64,000 nt of DNA from an uncultured Candidatus Saccharibacteria bacterium (GTDB lineage Bacteria > Patescibacteriota > UBA1384 > XYA2-FULL-43-10 > 1-14-0-10-43-13). The notes beneath the pieces were generated by a model. The model worked only from the letters and a program-made list of their open reading frames with translations, was not told the DNA's origin and searched no databases. A program made the translations under genes and the position numbers. Each line of letters starts with the position of its first letter. The first letter of the stretch is position 1. The stretch is taken from assembly GCA_964406145.1 (NCBI GenBank), contig CAYOQP010000005.1, positions 834 through 64,833 on the forward strand, written 5' to 3'. Of the stretch, positions 1 through 8,876 are shown piece by piece.

Positions 1-900
1 ATAATCATCAGACCAAAATAATTTTGCTGTATTCATTCCTACCACTCCGCAAGCATTGATCAATGGCCCTCCGGAGTTGCCAGGATTAATTGATGCATCA
101 GTTTGGATAATATCTATGCCATCCTCGTTAATCCTTCTTGAAAAAATACCTTTTGTTATTGTTGCCTCGCCCGTAGAATCATTTGGCCAGCCAATTGCAT
201 ACAATGTCTCTGCTGGTTTTAGAGTGCTTGAATCTTGGAGATCGATTTTCCAGTAGAAGTTGTAATCAACTTGGAGTATAGCAATATCCTGATCTGGATA
301 AGCGGCAAAAATTGAGGCATTCATCCATTCTTTGCCATCATAGCCAATCCAAACTTTTATTGTCTTGGCTCCTTCAATGACATGATAATTTGTCATCACC
401 AATCCGCTTGTTGCTGGATCATTAACAGAAAAGCCGCTACCATAGCCGATGAACTGATCCCGCTTATCAAACTGGCCTACTAGATGAGTGCTTGCTTTTG
501 CTTTTCGAATCGTGTCTTGTTCGTCACAGCTTGTACTTGTATTTATTGAGCTGGCACTTGTATTACTGCTTGTCTGATTTGTTGTTTCTCTCGGAGTAGC
601 TACATAGTAGATCGAAATTAGTAAAATTAGTAAAGGGATGATATAGAACCAATTATTAAATCGCTTAGATTTTTTACCACAATATTTGCAGAAAATTGCA
701 TCACGATTGATGACTTCATGGCAATGAGGACATTTCTTTATTGGTAGGCTTTTTTTATCTTCGTCATGTCTGCTAGTGTCTTTATTTCCATTAGCAATAA
801 ATGCCGCTTTGGATTGCCAAAAATGATAACCACACTCTGGGCAAGAATAGACACTTGTGGTATCGATTTTGTGTTCACAACTAGGACACCTGTTTGCCAT
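1..900 (-). CDS. Membrane-anchored trypsin-like serine protease with N-terminal double zinc ribbon (partial; C-terminus beyond window start)
   Basis: Reverse-strand translation from ATG at 900 gives MANRCPSCEH..CPECGY..CPHCHE..CKYCGK (two CxxC pairs), then a TM helix (WFYIIPLLILLISIYYVA) and an S/T-rich linker. The protease domain follows with catalytic-triad-like TNYHVIEG, DIAILQVD and GNSGGPLIN. The ORF runs off the window start. Confidence 0.6.
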   Translation of the reverse strand, partial: MANRCPSCEHKIDTTSVYSCPECGYHFWQSKAAFIANGNKDTSRHDEDKKSLPIKKCPHCHEVINRDAIFCKYCGKKSKRFNNWFYIIPLLILLISIYYVATPRETTNQTSSNTSASSINTSTSCDEQDTIRKAKASTHLVGQFDKRDQFIGYGSGFSVNDPATSGLVMTNYHVIEGAKTIKVWIGYDGKEWMNASIFAAYPDQDIAILQVDYNFYWKIDLQDSSTLKPAETLYAIGWPNDSTGEATITKGIFSRRINEDGIDIIQTDASINPGNSGGPLINACGVVGMNTAKLFWSDDY

Positions 901-915
901 AATATTGCCCTTTGT

Positions 916-1368
916 TTAGTCTAACGGGATAAAAAACCAGATGCCGTTGGCAATTACAAATATAATTATTCCCCAAATATCCCAAGCTTTCTGATTGGCT
1001 ATGAATTCTTTTTTGCTCTCCCATTTCCTGCTCTCCCATGCTATCTGCCTGCCTTTTATGCCAAAAATAATTATCATAATAAACCAAACAATTAACCCTA
1101 TAGTGCCAAAAGCAGTATCATCACTCTTTAATAAACCATTCATAACCATCCCCAGAACGAATAACCATCCCCAAAACGGATATTTCATTCCGCAGAAATA
1201 AATCCATCCTAGACCAAATGCGCCCCAAGACCATCTCTCGTGCGGTCTTTTTGTTGTTTCGCCCTCTCCAGAACTATCAGCTCCATGGTTCAAATGCGAA
1301 GATTCTCCGCAATGGATACAAAATTTAGAATCATTATCAATTTCCTTGCCACAATGCCTACAATACAT
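916..1368 (-). CDS. Zinc-ribbon domain membrane protein
   Basis: N-terminus MYCRHCGKEIDNDSKFCIHCGE (CxxC-x11-CxxC zinc ribbon), followed by about 4 hydrophobic helices. Paralogous N-terminus to its two neighbours. Confidence 0.5.
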   Translation of the reverse strand: MYCRHCGKEIDNDSKFCIHCGESSHLNHGADSSGEGETTKRPHERWSWGAFGLGWIYFCGMKYPFWGWLFVLGMVMNGLLKSDDTAFGTIGLIVWFIMIIIFGIKGRQIAWESRKWESKKEFIANQKAWDIWGIIIFVIANGIWFFIPLD

Positions 1369-1375
1369 TTTTCTC

Positions 1376-1906
1376 CTATTCTATGCACAGTTTCTTTAAT
1401 TCATCGTTTTGAAATTTATTATTAATTTCAGCCTCAAAAAAATCTAGAAATGTTGAAAAACTCTTTTTTGAATAATTATCGGGATACCAAGAAGCGCATT
1501 GAATTGTTTCAAAATCAGGGGTGCTAAAATAAGTTATGATCGAGGCATTATTTAAATCATTTAGGATTCTGGTAAGATCATCTTTATTTTTCTCTGATTT
1601 CATCGTTTTGATAGTGTATACGGAAACGATTGTTATGACTGGAAATTGATGAAAATATGAGATAATTAAATTTGGATGGTTAACATGCGTTGCTGTAAAT
1701 AGAATACGGTTTTCCTCCTTCTGATCCTCACTCATTTCATAGCCGATAAATTCGAGGTGATTTCTTATTTCTTCCAAACTTTTGGAAGCATCCATTTTTA
1801 TCGGCTTGACTTCCTCGGTTGTTTCCTCGCTGTTTACCTTTTCACCACAATGTACACAAAATTTACTGTCCGAAGGAATTGTATTGTTGCAATTTTTACA
1901 TTCCAT
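1376..1906 (-). CDS. Zinc-ribbon domain protein with soluble C-terminal domain (YbjN-like?)
   Basis: N-terminus MECKNCNNTIPSDSKFCVHCGEKV (zinc ribbon), then a soluble domain of about 150 aa. The C-terminal assignment is weak. Confidence 0.45.
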   Translation of the reverse strand: MECKNCNNTIPSDSKFCVHCGEKVNSEETTEEVKPIKMDASKSLEEIRNHLEFIGYEMSEDQKEENRILFTATHVNHPNLIISYFHQFPVITIVSVYTIKTMKSEKNKDDLTRILNDLNNASIITYFSTPDFETIQCASWYPDNYSKKSFSTFLDFFEAEINNKFQNDELKKLCIE

Positions 1907-1935
1907 AATTAATCCTTTTCAATCTTAATTTTTAT

Positions 1936-2523
1936 TTATTTCTTCGGTAATCTTCCGCCAGAGGCCAAGCATGCATCGAGAGAATTATAAGGGGTATAGT
2001 TAGTAGTTCGGTCGTAATATGTGGTGCCAGGTGCATGGCAAATACTCGTTGAACTCTTTTTTACAACACCACCACTATTACTTTGCGTGATGACCTGAGT
2101 GGTCGATGCTGGAGCTGATACTTGGACAGTTTTTGTGCCGATGAGAACAATTTTGGTCACTGGTTGTACCGTAATAGACTGTGAGACAATTGCACGATTA
2201 GTTTCCTTGCCGTCAGTATAGGTAACTTTAGATACTGTTACCTGGGCACCGTTTTTGCCCTCTTGCTTGACTTTTGTCTGAGCTTTTTCGAGTGTCGGAT
2301 CATCTTGCTGTTGAGTCTCAAAAACGATCTCGTCAGTTTTGACATCTTCTTTAACTTCGATTTTTGGTGGTGCCACCGCTTCATTACTCGTTGAGCTTGA
2401 GACAGCATCAGTTTTCGTTGCATCGCATCCAGAAAGAGCAATCGAAAAGACGATCGCTATAATTGCATAGTTCAGTATCTTAATAAAACTTATGTTCTTC
2501 TCCCTCCCCTTTGAGTCAAACAT
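1936..2523 (-). CDS. Secreted lipoprotein with G5-like domain
   Basis: Signal peptide ending in LSGC (lipobox-like). The segment GKNGAQVTVSKVTYTDGKETNRAIVSQSITVQPVTKIVLIGTK resembles a G5 domain. The tail is Cys-containing. Confidence 0.4.
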   Translation of the reverse strand: MFDSKGREKNISFIKILNYAIIAIVFSIALSGCDATKTDAVSSSTSNEAVAPPKIEVKEDVKTDEIVFETQQQDDPTLEKAQTKVKQEGKNGAQVTVSKVTYTDGKETNRAIVSQSITVQPVTKIVLIGTKTVQVSAPASTTQVITQSNSGGVVKKSSTSICHAPGTTYYDRTTNYTPYNSLDACLASGGRLPKK

Positions 2524-2638
2524 TTTTATCCAGTTCTTGAGTAAATAAGCTACTTAATATATAACATAGTTAGCGGATTAGAGCAATTTTATGTTGGTTT
2601 TCTGACACGATAAAAAGATAAAAATTAAGATTAAAATT

Positions 2639-3742
2639 ATGAAAAAGTTTTCTACGGAACATTTTGAAAAAAAATATCGAACACTATATGAGAAACTTCT
2701 TTGTAAAGAAGGATTTTTAAATGATATTAAAAGCGCCAGAAAAACACTTGTATTGCCAGAAGAAGGATTTAGTGATGAGTACGAGTTTGCCTATCACATT
2801 ATTCATAATATGAATGATGATGAACTTTTTCACCTGACATTCTTTATTTATTTGGATCACGAAGCCAGCAAGAACCGAGAAGCTTTTTTCGACCTAGATA
2901 AGGAAGGGCGAGCCCCAATAATTGACGCCTTCATCAAAAGCTATAATAAAAAGAAAGAAAGATTAGAACTTATATCCAAAGCTGTGTTTGAGTTAGGCCG
3001 AGACATTGTTGATCATAACCAAATGATTCAATTAAATCCTAATCTCAAAGGAAGTAGAATTTATACGAAGCTTTCTCGGGAAACATCAAGTCTTCTTCAA
3101 AAATACTGGGGGCTTGATCTTCTTGATGAGCATATCTTTGGTCATTTGGTTGAGAAACATCTTTTTTTAGATAAATACGGGGTAAATAAATATATAAAGG
3201 AAAAAACAACTTGCCCAATGTGTAAATATATCGGGGTCACGCATTTTTCACCTGAAAGAAATCATATTGACGGAGAGATGAACGGGACTGGCAAGAAAAA
3301 ATACAGATTCAATAAAAATACCGTAGATCGACTCTCTCTTCACTTTAATAGTGTTTTCTTAATAATCAAACCATATGCCACCAAGGAAGAAACTATCCAG
3401 TATATAGAAGACAACTGGGATTGCTTAAAAGATCATATTATTGAAAAAAATACATATTACAAACAGTTTGAGGTCAATCCGAGCAAGATAAAGACGAGTG
3501 ATTTAGAGCGCAACAAATTGGTTTATGAGTTATACAAACTCTCAAAAAAAGAGGTATTAAAACGATATAAAGGGGAAGATGATTTTTCAGGAAAATATAT
3601 CTATAAAGAAACAATAATCAGTGCAATTCTAGGTGAACAATATGACATTAAAATGACAGCAGATGCAGTTAAAAAATCTGCTAGCAGATTTGCCAAAAGC
3701 ATAAAAATTAAAAAAGAACCTAAGGATATAAGGGACATTTAA
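2639..3742 (+). CDS. Hypothetical protein (island cargo)
   Basis: 367-aa ORF, AT-rich, no recognisable catalytic motif apart from CPMC..H. Followed by a clear terminator. Confidence 0.4.
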   Translation: MKKFSTEHFEKKYRTLYEKLLCKEGFLNDIKSARKTLVLPEEGFSDEYEFAYHIIHNMNDDELFHLTFFIYLDHEASKNREAFFDLDKEGRAPIIDAFIKSYNKKKERLELISKAVFELGRDIVDHNQMIQLNPNLKGSRIYTKLSRETSSLLQKYWGLDLLDEHIFGHLVEKHLFLDKYGVNKYIKEKTTCPMCKYIGVTHFSPERNHIDGEMNGTGKKKYRFNKNTVDRLSLHFNSVFLIIKPYATKEETIQYIEDNWDCLKDHIIEKNTYYKQFEVNPSKIKTSDLERNKLVYELYKLSKKEVLKRYKGEDDFSGKYIYKETIISAILGEQYDIKMTADAVKKSASRFAKSIKIKKEPKDIRDI

Positions 3743-3787
3743 ATTCCACTTTTTTTAAAGTAAGTATTTATAAAATTTCGATAAAGG

Positions 3788-3814
3788 CACACTGACATCA
3801 CAGTGTGTTTTTTT
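3788..3814 (+). terminator. Rho-independent terminator
   Basis: cacactg-acatca-cagtgtg stem-loop followed by a T7 run. Confidence 0.6.
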
Positions 3815-3846
3815 GTTACCAAATTAATATTAAAGAAAGGCATCTC

Positions 3847-4092
3847 ATGCAGAGAATCCAAGAAAATGATCTCTTTAGGTCAAGTGATCTGAGCTTGTCA
3901 GCCGTAATTTCAATGAGCTATCCGGTGGACACGCTCGATAAGTCGGACTCGAGCAAGGTCATCTTCCTGTTTCGTCGAGAAACAGGGCTTGATGAACTAG
4001 TACAAGCATTTTGGGACCGGCAACTTCAAGTAGAGCCAAGAGCTTATTTTGAGGCGATAAAAATGCTCAAGTCAAGAATTTATCAATACTAG
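3847..4092 (+). CDS. Small hypothetical protein (81 aa)
   Basis: ORF 3805-4092 is trimmed to the Met at 3847 (MQRIQ..). That Met lies after the terminator and an aaagaaagg RBS-like stretch. Confidence 0.3.
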   Translation: MQRIQENDLFRSSDLSLSAVISMSYPVDTLDKSDSSKVIFLFRRETGLDELVQAFWDRQLQVEPRAYFEAIKMLKSRIYQY

Positions 4093-4108
4093 TAATAATT
4101 ATAATTAA

Positions 4109-4297
4109 ATGGCCGATTTATCAGCAAAATGTATCAAAGAGTTTACTGAGATTTACCTGCAGGAATTTCAGGTTGAACTTTCGGAGGATGAGGCACAACG
4201 AATCGCATCCGATTTTTTGCGAACTTTTGCTCTGATTTATCGGCCACTGGAAGGAAACAATGAAAAAGAAAAAAATACGCTTGCCGATAACAATTAA
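4109..4297 (+). CDS. Small hypothetical protein (62 aa)
   Basis: ORF only; tandem with its neighbours on the same strand. Confidence 0.25.
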   Translation: MADLSAKCIKEFTEIYLQEFQVELSEDEAQRIASDFLRTFALIYRPLEGNNEKEKNTLADNN

Positions 4298-4529
4298 ATT
4301 ATGGCACAAGGGTAAATTGATCCATCGGTCGACTTGTACTAAAAAAACTCAAATTTTGATTTGGACACGAAGAGAAAAATGGGATAAGGCATATATTAAA
4401 GTAACTTACAAAAAAGATTACTGGAATGATTGCGACAGTTTCAACCAGTGCGGTCTGGAAAAAGCACTAAACGCTTATCTCGAAGAAAAAATGGTCCAAC
4501 ATGCACTTGGAGGCCCAGATGAATTATGA
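4260..4529 (+). CDS. Small basic hypothetical protein (89 aa)
   Basis: ORF only; K/R-rich; overlaps its neighbours in an operon-like way. Confidence 0.25.
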   Translation: MKKKKIRLPITIKLWHKGKLIHRSTCTKKTQILIWTRREKWDKAYIKVTYKKDYWNDCDSFNQCGLEKALNAYLEEKMVQHALGGPDEL

Positions 4530-4839
4530 AGAGATAGTTGGCAGGATTAAGATTGAGATAAGACTATATGAGGTGAAAATTCTCGCTCAAGTTAAGATTG
4601 ATATGGTTGATCCACCAGTGATAATCAAAGGATTAACAATAAAACGGAATGCAAAAGAAAACAAAGTCTTCGTCTCTCCTCCATCGTATTTTGCAAAGTA
4701 CAAAATGCATCCGATCATCTGGATGCCGAAAGACTTATGGACAATGGTCTGTAGCAAAATTCTCAAGGAATATTCGAACTTAACTGGCGAGAGCTTGTCG
4801 GAAGAAGAGATCGATATTTCAGAGATAGAATTTAATTAA
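4501..4839 (+). CDS. Small hypothetical protein, possibly SpoVG-like fold
   Basis: Loose pattern resemblance to SpoVG: IRLYEV..KILAQVKIDMVD..VIIKGLTIKRNAKENKVFVSPPS..HPIIWMPKD..KILKEY. Weak. Confidence 0.3.
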   Translation: MHLEAQMNYEEIVGRIKIEIRLYEVKILAQVKIDMVDPPVIIKGLTIKRNAKENKVFVSPPSYFAKYKMHPIIWMPKDLWTMVCSKILKEYSNLTGESLSEEEIDISEIEFN

Positions 4840-4840
4840 A

Positions 4841-4878
4841 TACTTATAGTTACTATAAGAAGATGTAACTATAAGTAA
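4841..4878. promoter_or_regulatory. Nested palindromes: 13-bp perfect inverted repeat tacttatagttac / gtaactataagta around a 12-bp spacer, plus internal palindrome cttatagt-t-actataag
   Basis: Seen directly. Three copies of the ACTATAAG motif (two direct, one inverted). Additional palindromes aacctt-tt-aaggtt and taact..agtta lie at 4882-4940. Confidence 0.5.
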
Positions 4879-4990
4879 TAGAACCTTTTAAGGTTAAGTA
4901 GGTATTAAATAAGTTAACTATGTAAACAGTTATCAGTAGCCCAATCGAATAGAATCTTTAATAATTTCGGTTATGTCTGGAGGTATAAAA

Positions 4991-5581
4991 ATGGGAAGAA
5001 ATTTAGCAGAACAATCAAACGCACTGAGTATATTTTGGCTCAAGAAAGAAGGAATTCTGGACTGTGAGTATAAATCAGGAGTCGTAACTTGGACGTTTGG
5101 ATTTTCAGAAAATAAAAGTAGCATCGGATATACCCTTGTTAAGAATTCAGACAATGGCAATTATATTCAGCTGAATTATACCCAAACCGATAGATGGAGT
5201 GGAGAAAAAACAAATCTTGACTACAGGATCGAGCTGACAACCACCCCATGCTATTTTGGAGGTAAGCGATATTGGTTTGTTTGTCCATTAAGCAAAAACG
5301 GTAAGTATTGTGGACGAAGAGTTGGGGTAATCTACAATATTGGCAAATATTACGGTTGTCGTCATTGCGGTAACGTTGCTTATTCGGCTCAGGCGGAGAG
5401 TAAAAAATTTAGAGGATGCACCTCAGTATGTGCTCCTGATATTGATAAAGCAGAGGCGGAAGTTAAGAGAAAGTATTACAACGGAAAAGCGACTCGAAAA
5501 TATAAAAGACTAATTAGATTGGAAGATAAATTTAATTACAATTTTTTCCGAGCCGCTGGTGTGTTCAGAAAAGAACTCTAG
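4991..5581 (+). CDS. Hypothetical protein with Cys-rich C-terminal region (putative zinc-binding)
   Basis: ORF 4973-5581. ATG at 4991 is preferred because a GGAGG SD sits 8 nt upstream. The C-terminal half has CYFGGKRYWFVCP..CGRR..CRHCGN. Confidence 0.35.
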   Translation: MGRNLAEQSNALSIFWLKKEGILDCEYKSGVVTWTFGFSENKSSIGYTLVKNSDNGNYIQLNYTQTDRWSGEKTNLDYRIELTTTPCYFGGKRYWFVCPLSKNGKYCGRRVGVIYNIGKYYGCRHCGNVAYSAQAESKKFRGCTSVCAPDIDKAEAEVKRKYYNGKATRKYKRLIRLEDKFNYNFFRAAGVFRKEL

Positions 5582-5735
5582 CTCTTTTGAAAAAGTTGAA
5601 AAAGTATTATAATTAAACTACTACACAAGACAACGAAATAGGAGTTTTTTGCAAAAGTGAGGTAACAGCCGTTTCTTGTGTAGTAACTAGAAACTTCTAT
5701 GCTGTTGCCTCGCTTTTTATAAGGAGAATATTAAA

Positions 5736-7349
5736 ATGGAACAACAATTAAGATATATCGCCTATTGTCGGAAAAGCTCGGAGGATAATCGGGAAAAGCA
5801 GGCACTCTCTATCCCTGCCCAGATCGATGAAATCACAAAACGATTTAGCGATCTAAAAATCGTCAAACATTTGGAAGAATCGCAAAGCGCTTTTGATGTT
5901 GGCAGACCAAAGTTTAATGAAATGATAAATGACCTCAAAGATGGTCGAGCAGATGGCATTATTTGTTGGCATCCTGACCGAATGAGCCGAAATCCAATCG
6001 ATGCTTCGATGATTATTCATTATCTCGACAAAGGATTTATAAAAGACCTCAAGTTTTGTTCCTATAGCTTTACCAACGATCCAGAAGGCAAGATGTTTCT
6101 AAATTTTACCTTGAGCCAATCAAAATATTTCTCTGATAAGCTCTCAAAGGATGTTAAGCGTGGTTTGGAGAAAAAAATCAGGGATGGCTATCCATCTGGC
6201 GTGGTTCCTGTCGGTTATCTAAATTCGAAATATAATGACGGCAAAGGCAAGCAAGAAGCATTTATTGACCCCGATAGATTTGACCAAGTCCGAAAGCTTT
6301 GGGAAATGCTCCTGACTGGCAGATATACCGTCCCAGAGCTCTGGCGGATCGCTGATAAAGAGTGGCACTTTTCAACCATCAAAAGAAACCGAACCGGAGG
6401 CACGCCGATTTCTCGTTCTGGCCTGTATTCCGTTTTTACCAACCCATTTTATTATGGTGAGATTGTCTGGAATGGGATAAGAGCAGATGGAAAGCATCAG
6501 CCGATGATAACGCCAGAAGAGTTTGACCTTGCTCAAGAAATTCTTGGCCGAAAAGGCAAGCCAAGACCTCAAATTCATAAGTTTGCCTATACTGGTCGAA
6601 TAGTTTGCGGTGAATGTGGGGCTATGGTTACTGCTGAAAATAAAAAGAAAGTTTTGGCTAATGGTGAAGTCAAGAGATACAAGCTCTATCACTGCTCACA
6701 TAGAAAAAAAGATACTGATTGCCGCCAAGGATCAGTGCAAGAGGACTATTTTGAGGATTTGATCAAAAAGGAACTAAAAAACATAACTATTCCGGCGAAG
6801 TTTCAGGAATGGGCAATCGAATATCTTCACGAACTAAACGAAAGCGAAGTTAAAGACAGATCAACTATTTATAAAAACACCGAGAAGAGATTTTCGGAAG
6901 TTCAAGATCAACTCGATCGCTTAACAAGCGCACTAATCAAAGGCCTGATTGAAGAGGATGAATTTAAAAAGAAAAAAGACGAATTGATGCAGGCCAAGGG
7001 CAGATTAAAAAGTGAGATTAATAATACTGACAAGAGAGCCGACCACTGGCTTGAGACAACACTAGAATATTTTGACTTTGCCAGACATGCGGCAGATCGC
7101 TTCAATCACGGCGACCTCGAAGAAAAGAAACAAATTTTTGCTACTTTTGGTTCGAGCTACATACTAAAAGACAAAAAGCTAACGCTGGAAGTGAAGAAGC
7201 CACTCGTAAGGATAAAAGATGGTCTCGAAAAAATAAAAGCCGCTTATCCTAGGTTCGAACTAGAAATAAACGGCTCTCACAGTCACAAAACACCTGACTT
7301 ATTGGCAATACAACAACTATGGCTCCCCGAACTGGACTCGAACCAGTAA
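5736..7349 (+). CDS. Large serine recombinase (resolvase/invertase N-domain + recombinase domain + zinc ribbon)
   Basis: N-terminus YIAYCRKSSEDNREKQALSIPAQ carries the catalytic-Ser motif of serine recombinases. The size is 537 aa. CGECG..C..H zinc-ribbon region at residues 290-320. The last 30 nt overlap the 3' end of the tRNA-Asn. Confidence 0.85.
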   Translation: MEQQLRYIAYCRKSSEDNREKQALSIPAQIDEITKRFSDLKIVKHLEESQSAFDVGRPKFNEMINDLKDGRADGIICWHPDRMSRNPIDASMIIHYLDKGFIKDLKFCSYSFTNDPEGKMFLNFTLSQSKYFSDKLSKDVKRGLEKKIRDGYPSGVVPVGYLNSKYNDGKGKQEAFIDPDRFDQVRKLWEMLLTGRYTVPELWRIADKEWHFSTIKRNRTGGTPISRSGLYSVFTNPFYYGEIVWNGIRADGKHQPMITPEEFDLAQEILGRKGKPRPQIHKFAYTGRIVCGECGAMVTAENKKKVLANGEVKRYKLYHCSHRKKDTDCRQGSVQEDYFEDLIKKELKNITIPAKFQEWAIEYLHELNESEVKDRSTIYKNTEKRFSEVQDQLDRLTSALIKGLIEEDEFKKKKDELMQAKGRLKSEINNTDKRADHWLETTLEYFDFARHAADRFNHGDLEEKKQIFATFGSSYILKDKKLTLEVKKPLVRIKDGLEKIKAAYPRFELEINGSHSHKTPDLLAIQQLWLPELDSNQ

Positions 7350-7394
7350 CCTTCGCGTTAACAGCGCGCTGCTCTGCCATTGAGCTATCGGGGA
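7320..7394 (-). tRNA. tRNA-Asn (anticodon GTT), CCA encoded
   Basis: Reverse complement TCCCCGATAGCTCAATGGCAGAGCAGCGCGCTGTTAACGCGAAGGTTACTGGTTCGAGTCCAGTTCGGGGAGCCA. Acceptor stem TCCCCGA/TCGGGGA, D arm GCTC..GAGC, anticodon loop CTGTTAA, T arm ACTGG-TTCGAGT-CCAGT. Confidence 0.8.
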
Positions 7395-7473
7395 ATAACA
7401 AAATAACAAAGCAATACTACCAAAATTAGGCTCATTTGTAAATAAATATAGATCTTATTTAATAGAGCAGGAA

Positions 7474-8856
7474 TTAGTCGAAACGATTGAATAGAAGCCC
7501 GCTAATAAGCATCACTGTGGCTTGTATAGCAACCCAGATAAAAATTAAAAACAGAATAATTCGTCCAATACCAAAACGTTGGCCAGATAATGCTTGATCG
7601 TCTTCCTCTACGCCCAATCCTAACCAACTTTGAGCAGTACCCTCTTCTTTGCGAAGTTTGGACATTTTCCTGATCAACAATCCAGCGCCGATGGCAATGA
7701 ATCCGACAATAAAGATAATTACCGGCCAGCCGAGTGAATTGGCGAAATACTTGCCAGTAAGAGCAACGATACTAACGATCAAAGAAAGGGCACCGACATA
7801 GGGCAAGGTGTAAATAAAAATTTTGGCAGCTAGAAGAATGAAGGCAAGGCCGACAATCGCTGTGAAATAGAAATATCCCTCTTTGTCAGAGCCAAGAGCC
7901 AAGAAAGGAATAAGCATAAGAAAAGGAGCAAATTCCTCAAAGAGTCTCTTTAGTACATAAAATGATCGATCTTTAAAAATATTTTTCAGATGATTGTAAA
8001 GAGACGCCAGACCAAGATATAACACACCGACCAAAGAAATTATGACTGCATATGATTCTGAACCAAGAACTAATGATTGATCAAGAGAAGTGATAACAGC
8101 AATAGGAAGCATGACTGCGGAAAAGATAGTGCCCACAGCAACAAATGCTCTCTTACTGTCGGAATTCATTACAAACATAACAAATCCTAGCGCCAATATT
8201 GCCAACGAAAATCCTAACATTAGCCAAGACGTCATGATTTCGCTTGGTTCTGCATTCGCCAATATTGAGAAAAATAAAGCGTAAGACGAAAGAATTGTAA
8301 GTCCAGCCAAGTGATGTCTTTTAAAAATAAATTCGGAAATAGCAAAGAAAATCAGTGCCGATAGAGCACAGATTATGAATAATATTGGATTGACTTCGTG
8401 ATAAATTTCAAATTGGTAAATAAGAGTTCCAATAACAAAAGGAATCATGAAGCCAGCAACACCAAATATTGCCTTCTCTGGCTCTTCATAGAGCTTATTC
8501 TTCTTGAGATACATCGAGATACCAAATAGTGCTAGCATCGGAATCGCCAGGAAAGAAACTCTGGCAAGAGGACCAACATTTGTCCAGTTGGCGGCAACAA
8601 CAATAATAGTAGCAACAAGAATGAGGATTGTGCCAATCATTATGAAAGCCTTGGTGGTATCAAAGTGCTTTCTAGCCGGCTTTGCGGCCTGTTCAACATT
8701 AGTATTTGTTTGCAAACGCTCGGCAAAAGCTCTGTTTATCTCATCATCAGAGAGGCCTTGACTCTTTAGCTCGGCGAAAATCTCGCCAACATTTTTACCC
8801 CCAGCGAGACCAGTCTGAATCTTTTCGACAATTGAATTGTCCATTTTGCTCCCCAC
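7474..8856 (-). CDS. Polytopic membrane protein of unknown function
   Basis: 460 aa with more than 10 predicted TM helices and a soluble N-terminal about 70 aa. No catalytic motif. Confidence 0.5.
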   Translation of the reverse strand: MGSKMDNSIVEKIQTGLAGGKNVGEIFAELKSQGLSDDEINRAFAERLQTNTNVEQAAKPARKHFDTTKAFIMIGTILILVATIIVVAANWTNVGPLARVSFLAIPMLALFGISMYLKKNKLYEEPEKAIFGVAGFMIPFVIGTLIYQFEIYHEVNPILFIICALSALIFFAISEFIFKRHHLAGLTILSSYALFFSILANAEPSEIMTSWLMLGFSLAILALGFVMFVMNSDSKRAFVAVGTIFSAVMLPIAVITSLDQSLVLGSESYAVIISLVGVLYLGLASLYNHLKNIFKDRSFYVLKRLFEEFAPFLMLIPFLALGSDKEGYFYFTAIVGLAFILLAAKIFIYTLPYVGALSLIVSIVALTGKYFANSLGWPVIIFIVGFIAIGAGLLIRKMSKLRKEEGTAQSWLGLGVEEDDQALSGQRFGIGRIILFLIFIWVAIQATVMLISGLLFNRFD

Positions 8857-8876
8857 TCCTTAATATTTGAAAATAT

